In this document: piece after piece, positions 58,626 through 64,000 of the stretch
Numbering within the stretch: the first letter of the stretch is position 1
How the letters are laid out: every line of letters starts with the position of its first letter
Assembly: GCA_045597865.1 (NCBI GenBank)
Contig: JAZLKX010000025.1
Location: 1 to 64,000, forward strand
Source: Bacilli bacterium
GTDB taxonomy: Bacteria; Bacillota_I; Bacilli_A; RFN20; CAG-826
DNA: 64,000 bases
Direction: 5' to 3'
The notes under the pieces: model-generated
Told to the model about the DNA's origin: nothing
The model's database searches: none
The model's input: only the letters and a program-made list of their open reading frames with translations
Position numbers and translations under genes: made by a program

Positions 58626-61034
58626 ATGTTTAGTTCCACAAAAGCTTTTAAAGCTGAGTTCAAGAAAAGATTACTTGAAAAGTACGCAAACAATGTCGAA
58701 GAATCACACATTTTCGAACAATATGATGTCTTAGGCAAAATGGTTAGAGACTATGCTGGACAATATTGGAGAGAAACACGTGAGAAGGTTTTCGCAGACG
58801 GCAAGAAAGAACTTATCTATTTCTCAATGGAATTCCTTATTGGAAGACTTCTTGTTAACAACATGCAAAACCTTGGCATCTATGATGTTGCAAAGAAAGG
58901 TCTTGAAGAACTCGGTTTAGATATCAATAAATTAGAAGAACAAGAATCTGATGCAGGTTTAGGCAATGGTGGTTTAGGCCGTCTTGCAGCTTGCTTTCTA
59001 GACTCTATTTCTTCACTTGGTTATCCAGTCACTGGAAACACAATTCGTTACGAATATGGTTTCTTCAAACAACTCCTTGAAAAAGGTTACCAACTTGAAG
59101 TTCCAGATCAATGGTTAACAAATGGTTTCTGTTTCGAAGTTAGAAAACCAAAACACGCTGTTGAAATTCAATTTGGTGGTGAACCTGTTTCATTTATGAA
59201 ACAAGATGGTTCTCTTGGTTTAAAAACAAAGAATGCAGTTCACGTTAAAGCCGTTCCATATGATGTTTCTATCATTGGTTACAAGAATGAAGTTGTTAAC
59301 ACATTAAGACTTTGGGCTGCAGAACCAAGTGAGACACACTTACCAAAGAATATGCCATTCGATGAATACTTAACAATGTTAAAGGAAATCTCACATGGTC
59401 TCTATCCAGATGATTCAACTGAAAAAGGTAAGTTATTAAGACTTAGACAACAATACTTCTTAGTTTCCTCAGGACTTCAATCTATCTTAAGAGGCCACTT
59501 TAGAAGACATAAAACATTACTTAATTTACATGATCATTATGTCATGCAACTTAACGATACTCACCCAATTCTTGCAATTCCAGAATTAATGAGATTAATG
59601 ATGGACGTTTATGGCTATGGTTGGGATGAAGCTTGGGGTGTTGTTACTAAGACAATCGCATTCACAAACCACACAATCATGCAAGAAGCACTTGAAAAGT
59701 GGCCTGTTGAATTCATTGGTAAAGTCTGCCCAAGATGTATGGATATTATTTGGGAAATTAACCGTAGATTTAATGGTTTCTTAGCAGATAATAACATTCC
59801 AATGGAAGTTAGAGACGATGTCCAAATCATTCGTGATGGACGTGTTTACATGGCAAACCTTGGTGTTTATGCTTCCTTTTCAGTAAATGGCGTTGCAAAA
59901 CTCCACACCGATATTTTGAAGAAAGAAACATTTAAATATTTCTACGAACTCTTCCCAGAGAAGTTCAATAACAAGACAAATGGTGTCACTCATCGTAGAT
60001 GGTTAATGTATTCTAACCCAAAACTTGCAGATTTAATTACAAGCAAGATTGGACCAGCTTGGATTTTAGATATGGAGCACGAAATTTCTAAATTTGGTGA
60101 ATTCCAAAATGACGCTAAAGTTCAACAAGCAATGATTGACATTAAGAAAGAAAATAAGCACGCTTTAGCAAAATATATTAAAGATAAAATGGATATTGAA
60201 ATTGATGAGAATTCCATTTTTGACGTTCAAATTAAGCGTATGCACGCATACAAACGCCAAATCATGAAGATTCTTCACATCATTTATCTCTATCAACGAA
60301 TTAAATCAGATCCATCATTTACAATGTATCCAAAGACATTTATCTTTGGTGCTAAAGCAGCTCCTTCATATGTGTACGCAAAAAAGATTATTCAACTCAT
60401 TTTAGCAGTTGCTGAAGTAGTGAATAACGATCCAGAAGTTAGCAAATTCATGAAGATTGTCTTCGTTGAAAACTATGGCGTCACACTTGCAGAAAAGATT
60501 ATTCCAGCAGCAGATGTTTCAGAACAAATTTCTACAGCATCCAAAGAAGCTTCAGGAACTTCAAATATGAAGTTAATGATGAATGGTGCTGTTACACTTG
60601 GAACACTTGACGGTGCTAACGTTGAAATTCATGATTTAGTTGGTGAAGATAATTGTATTATCTTTGGTTTAACTTCTGATGAAGTTCTTAACTACTACGC
60701 ATGCGGTGGTTATTCTCCATGGGATGTCTATAACTCAGATCCAAGAGTTAAACAAATTATGGATTCATTATTTAATGGTCCATGGACAAAGAAACCAGAT
60801 CAATTCCAACTCATCTTTGATGAAATCATGAGAAATAATGATACATTCTTCATTTTAAAAGATCTTCCAGCTTACATTGAGGCAATGGAAAAAGTTGATG
60901 AACTTTATAAAGATGAAAAGAATTGGGCCAAGATGTGCATTGTTAACGTTGCTCAATCAGGTTACTTTACATCCGATAGAACAATCAGAGACTACGTTAG
61001 AGACATTTGGCACTTAAAGAAAGTTAATGAATAA
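58626..61034 (+). CDS. glgP: Glycogen/maltodextrin phosphorylase
   Basis: YFSMEF, GLGNGGLGRLAAC, QLNDTHP, EASGTSNMK (PLP Lys). Confidence 0.96.
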   Translation: MFSSTKAFKAEFKKRLLEKYANNVEESHIFEQYDVLGKMVRDYAGQYWRETREKVFADGKKELIYFSMEFLIGRLLVNNMQNLGIYDVAKKGLEELGLDINKLEEQESDAGLGNGGLGRLAACFLDSISSLGYPVTGNTIRYEYGFFKQLLEKGYQLEVPDQWLTNGFCFEVRKPKHAVEIQFGGEPVSFMKQDGSLGLKTKNAVHVKAVPYDVSIIGYKNEVVNTLRLWAAEPSETHLPKNMPFDEYLTMLKEISHGLYPDDSTEKGKLLRLRQQYFLVSSGLQSILRGHFRRHKTLLNLHDHYVMQLNDTHPILAIPELMRLMMDVYGYGWDEAWGVVTKTIAFTNHTIMQEALEKWPVEFIGKVCPRCMDIIWEINRRFNGFLADNNIPMEVRDDVQIIRDGRVYMANLGVYASFSVNGVAKLHTDILKKETFKYFYELFPEKFNNKTNGVTHRRWLMYSNPKLADLITSKIGPAWILDMEHEISKFGEFQNDAKVQQAMIDIKKENKHALAKYIKDKMDIEIDENSIFDVQIKRMHAYKRQIMKILHIIYLYQRIKSDPSFTMYPKTFIFGAKAAPSYVYAKKIIQLILAVAEVVNNDPEVSKFMKIVFVENYGVTLAEKIIPAADVSEQISTASKEASGTSNMKLMMNGAVTLGTLDGANVEIHDLVGEDNCIIFGLTSDEVLNYYACGGYSPWDVYNSDPRVKQIMDSLFNGPWTKKPDQFQLIFDEIMRNNDTFFILKDLPAYIEAMEKVDELYKDEKNWAKMCIVNVAQSGYFTSDRTIRDYVRDIWHLKKVNE

Positions 61035-61530
61035 AATGGAAAAGATTAATCTAGCAAAGCTATATGATTTGCAAGCTGATTTAGATAAAGAAATCGCTAA
61101 AAATCATGGCTGTACATATGAATCAACTCACGAGAAAAGGCTTTTAGCCTTAATTATTGAAATTGGCGAGCTTGCCAATGAAACAAGATGTTTTAAGTTC
61201 TGGTCAAATAAAGGACCTTCTCCAAAGGAGATTACAATGGATGAATATGCAGATGGTTTGCACTTCTTCCTCTCACTTGGAATTCCTCTAAAGACTGAAA
61301 AGATGGAATATGAACTTTCAAAAAATGAAGGTGAATTAACTTTTCAATTCCACGAAGTTTATAGACTTATCGTTGACTTAAAAGAACATTATGATTTTGC
61401 TCATTACACTAAAGCACTTCAATATTTTTTAAATATTGTTTTGTCTTTAGGTTACCACGCAGAAGACATTACACAAGCTTATTTAGCTAAGCTAGAAGTT
61501 AATCACACTAGACAAGCTACAAATTATTAA
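61027..61530 (+). CDS. Dimeric (all-alpha) dUTP diphosphatase
   Basis: EIGELANETRCFKFWS, DEYADGLHFFLS, Y..K..VN..RQ..NY motifs of the dUTPase_2 family. Confidence 0.9.
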   Translation: MNKMEKINLAKLYDLQADLDKEIAKNHGCTYESTHEKRLLALIIEIGELANETRCFKFWSNKGPSPKEITMDEYADGLHFFLSLGIPLKTEKMEYELSKNEGELTFQFHEVYRLIVDLKEHYDFAHYTKALQYFLNIVLSLGYHAEDITQAYLAKLEVNHTRQATNY

Positions 61531-61545
61531 AAGAAGGTTTATTTT

Positions 61546-62961
61546 ATGGGAAAACATGGCGTTTTACTTGCAGTATCTTCCTTACCAGGAAAATATGGCG
61601 TTGGAGACTTCTCTGACGAAGCATTCAAATTTGTTGACATGCTTGCTAACCACAAAGTTGATTTATGGCAAATTTTGCCATTAAATCCAATTGGTTACGG
61701 ACATAGTCCATATCAACCATTTTCATCTTATGCTTTTGATGAAATTTATATTTCAATTGAAGATCTCCAAAAGAGACATTTACTTGGTCGTGTAAACAAA
61801 GTCAGAGCGCGTTCAATGGCTGATTATGAAAAGGCAAGATACATTAAGGAACAAGCAATTTGGAAAGCGTTTGAAGTCTTCAAACAAAATCCAAAGAATA
61901 TGGCAAAACTTGATAAATTTATCAAGGAGAATCCGTACATTGAAGAATACGCAGCATTTATTACATTAAAAGAATTTAATTGTGGTTATTCATGGAATGA
62001 ATGGAGATTTTTTGAAAAAGATAGACCAGAAGATTTTAAATATTTAAAAACAAAACACGCTTTTGCCCAAATGATTTTAACTGAAGAATGGAACAAAATT
62101 AGAGCTTACGCTAATAAACGTAACATTAAAATTATTGGTGATGTTCCTTTCTATGTTGGTTATGACTCAAGCGATGTTTATTTCCATAGAGAATCCTTCA
62201 TGTTAGATAGAGAAAATAAACCAACATGTATTGCTGGTGTACCACCAGATTACTTTAGCAAAGATGGACAAAGATGGGGCAATCCAATCTGGAATTGGGA
62301 TTACCTTTATGAACATGATTTCAAGGCAATGATGGATAGAATTTTCTTTGCAAGTAAGTTCTATGACATTATTCGTCTTGACCACTTCAGAGCATTCGAT
62401 TCATATTGGGCAATTAATCCAGCATGTCCAACAGCAGTTGATGGAGAATGGCGTTATCCAGACGGATATAGATTCTTCAGACGTTTCTTTGAAAAATATC
62501 CAGATATTCAACTTATAGTTGAAGATTTAGGAGATTTACGTCCTGAAGTTTTATATCTAAGAGACACATTCATGCTCGCAGGAATGAGAGAAATTGAATT
62601 TACAATTTGGGATGACGAATTCAACAACAAACACATTGAACGCGAGAACCAAGTTTACTACACATCTACACACGATAACGAAACTCTCGCACAATGGATT
62701 GCAACTCTTTCAAAAGATGAAAAAGTTAAGCTTAATAACAGAATGAATGAACTTGGACTTACTGGTAAAAACCTTTGCGAAAAGCTCATTAAATACGCTT
62801 ACCGTAGACAAGAAAGAATTGTCATCGCATCTGTTTCAGATATTTTAAATTTAAACAAAACACATCGTATGAATGTTCCAGGAATCGTTAACGATGTTAA
62901 CTGGAGATTCAAACTTCAAGGATTTAGACAACTTGGAAAACAATTATCAAAATTTTTCTAA
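61546..62961 (+). CDS. malQ: 4-alpha-glucanotransferase (amylomaltase, GH77)
   Basis: WQILPLNP, SPYQ, GVPPDYFS..GQRWGNP, RLDHFR, EDLG, THDN, RMNVPG. Confidence 0.96.
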   Translation: MGKHGVLLAVSSLPGKYGVGDFSDEAFKFVDMLANHKVDLWQILPLNPIGYGHSPYQPFSSYAFDEIYISIEDLQKRHLLGRVNKVRARSMADYEKARYIKEQAIWKAFEVFKQNPKNMAKLDKFIKENPYIEEYAAFITLKEFNCGYSWNEWRFFEKDRPEDFKYLKTKHAFAQMILTEEWNKIRAYANKRNIKIIGDVPFYVGYDSSDVYFHRESFMLDRENKPTCIAGVPPDYFSKDGQRWGNPIWNWDYLYEHDFKAMMDRIFFASKFYDIIRLDHFRAFDSYWAINPACPTAVDGEWRYPDGYRFFRRFFEKYPDIQLIVEDLGDLRPEVLYLRDTFMLAGMREIEFTIWDDEFNNKHIERENQVYYTSTHDNETLAQWIATLSKDEKVKLNNRMNELGLTGKNLCEKLIKYAYRRQERIVIASVSDILNLNKTHRMNVPGIVNDVNWRFKLQGFRQLGKQLSKFF

Positions 62962-62968
62962 TTAAATT

Positions 62969-64000
62969 ATGCCGTTAAGAAATACCTATAGAGAATGTAT
63001 TCAAATACATTACCAAAGAGATGATTCCGATTATAAAAATTGGGCTCTTTGGTTATGGGAATTTCCTCAAGGAAACGGTAAAGAATACCAATTTACCGGA
63101 AGAGATGAATATGGTGTTTTTGCAAACCTTCCTTTAACAACTTGGTCTTACTTAGTAAGAACCAACAACCTTGGTTTAATCATTAAATCTAAGGGAACTT
63201 GGAACGAAAAAGACGGTCCAGATAGAGTGATTAAATTTTCTAAATTGCATCACGACAAATTTGGTATTTATCATGTTTATCTAAAAGATGATTTGGATGA
63301 TGTTTTTGATAATCAAGAATTAGAAAAATCCAATATTATTAACTATGCAAGATTTGTAGACTTTACTTCATTTGAAGTTAAAACAAGTGACATTTTCCAA
63401 GAATTTTCAATTTATAAAAATAAACAATTCTTCAAAAATGTTAAACTTGCAAAACCTGTAAAAGAAACAGTTTACGAAATTAACAAAGATGTTGATATTA
63501 GTTTCGAAGATCTTTATGAAGTAGAAATTAACTTCTATGAAACCAAAAAAACTTCAAGAGAACCAATTACTCACAGTTTGCTTTACAGAACTAAAAAGTT
63601 TGAGAAAATGTACGAATATAATGGAGAATTAGGGGCTATTTACACAAAGAAGGCAACAACCTTTAAGGTTTGGTCTCCTGTCTCTAGTTCCATTATTTTA
63701 AGGCTTTATAATAAAGGAACACCAAGATACATTCTTGGCAAAAAAGGAATTGATAAACCATTTAGAGAAATTCCAATGGCAAAAGATGAACATGGTGTTT
63801 TTTCAACAACTGTTCATAAAAATTTAGAAGGTAAGTATTATACTTACGTTGTTACAAATGCACTTCATGAAAAATCTGAGGTAGTTGATCCATACGCAAA
63901 ATCTACAGGTGTTAATGGATTAAGAGGAATGATTGTTAATTTTGATAGAACAAATCCTACTGGATTTAAAGAAATTGAGATTAATCCTGTTAACCCAAAA
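62969..64000 (+). CDS. pulA: Type I pullulanase, N-terminal part (runs off window; absent from ORF track)
   Basis: Translated by hand from ATG 62969: IHYQRDDSDYKNWALWLW (CBM41/PUD-like), then YNGELGAIYTKKATTFKVWSP and VVDPYAKSTGVNG (CBM48/pullulanase N-domain). No stop seen. Confidence 0.85.
   Translation, partial: MPLRNTYRECIQIHYQRDDSDYKNWALWLWEFPQGNGKEYQFTGRDEYGVFANLPLTTWSYLVRTNNLGLIIKSKGTWNEKDGPDRVIKFSKLHHDKFGIYHVYLKDDLDDVFDNQELEKSNIINYARFVDFTSFEVKTSDIFQEFSIYKNKQFFKNVKLAKPVKETVYEINKDVDISFEDLYEVEINFYETKKTSREPITHSLLYRTKKFEKMYEYNGELGAIYTKKATTFKVWSPVSSSIILRLYNKGTPRYILGKKGIDKPFREIPMAKDEHGVFSTTVHKNLEGKYYTYVVTNALHEKSEVVDPYAKSTGVNGLRGMIVNFDRTNPTGFKEIEINPVNPK

Overview
AT-rich chromosomal window from a low-GC Firmicute (Bacilli). 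Standard genetic code is used (TGA ends yigZ, trmL and gmk). Gene content and order (ccpA-tyrS-rpsD-ezrA-iscS-thiI; thrS-infC-rpmI-rplT; dnaE-polA-mutM-coaE; gmk-rlmN-prpC-prkC-rsgA-rpe-rpmB) suggest a reduced-genome Bacilli lineage near Erysipelotrichales, Mollicutes or RFN20/RF39; this is inference. The window is almost all housekeeping: tRNA-Asp, trxA, glpK, a PPi-type phosphofructokinase, a full F1Fo operon, ppa, three aminoacyl-tRNA synthetases, salvage enzymes, replication and repair genes, ackA, and a glycogen/maltodextrin cluster running off the right end. I found no CRISPR array, transposase, integrase or prophage, and no clear-cut novel multi-gene system. The best second-look signals are: (i) cre-like palindromes placed to regulate pfp, ppa and the glg cluster, with ccpA in the window; (ii) two promoter classes, leaderless -10-N6-ATG and a shared -10-N4-CTC-G start motif; (iii) a DnaA-box cluster ahead of a locally inverted dnaB-dnaI pair; (iv) an in-frame MutM-CoaE fusion; (v) an ATP synthase with a lipoprotein b subunit and a two-carboxylate c subunit; (vi) a DUF1904-like protein with a Cys/His/acidic tail; (vii) a PrkC lacking TM and PASTA domains; (viii) a collagen-like lipoprotein plus a small repeat protein inserted between tyrS and rpsD.
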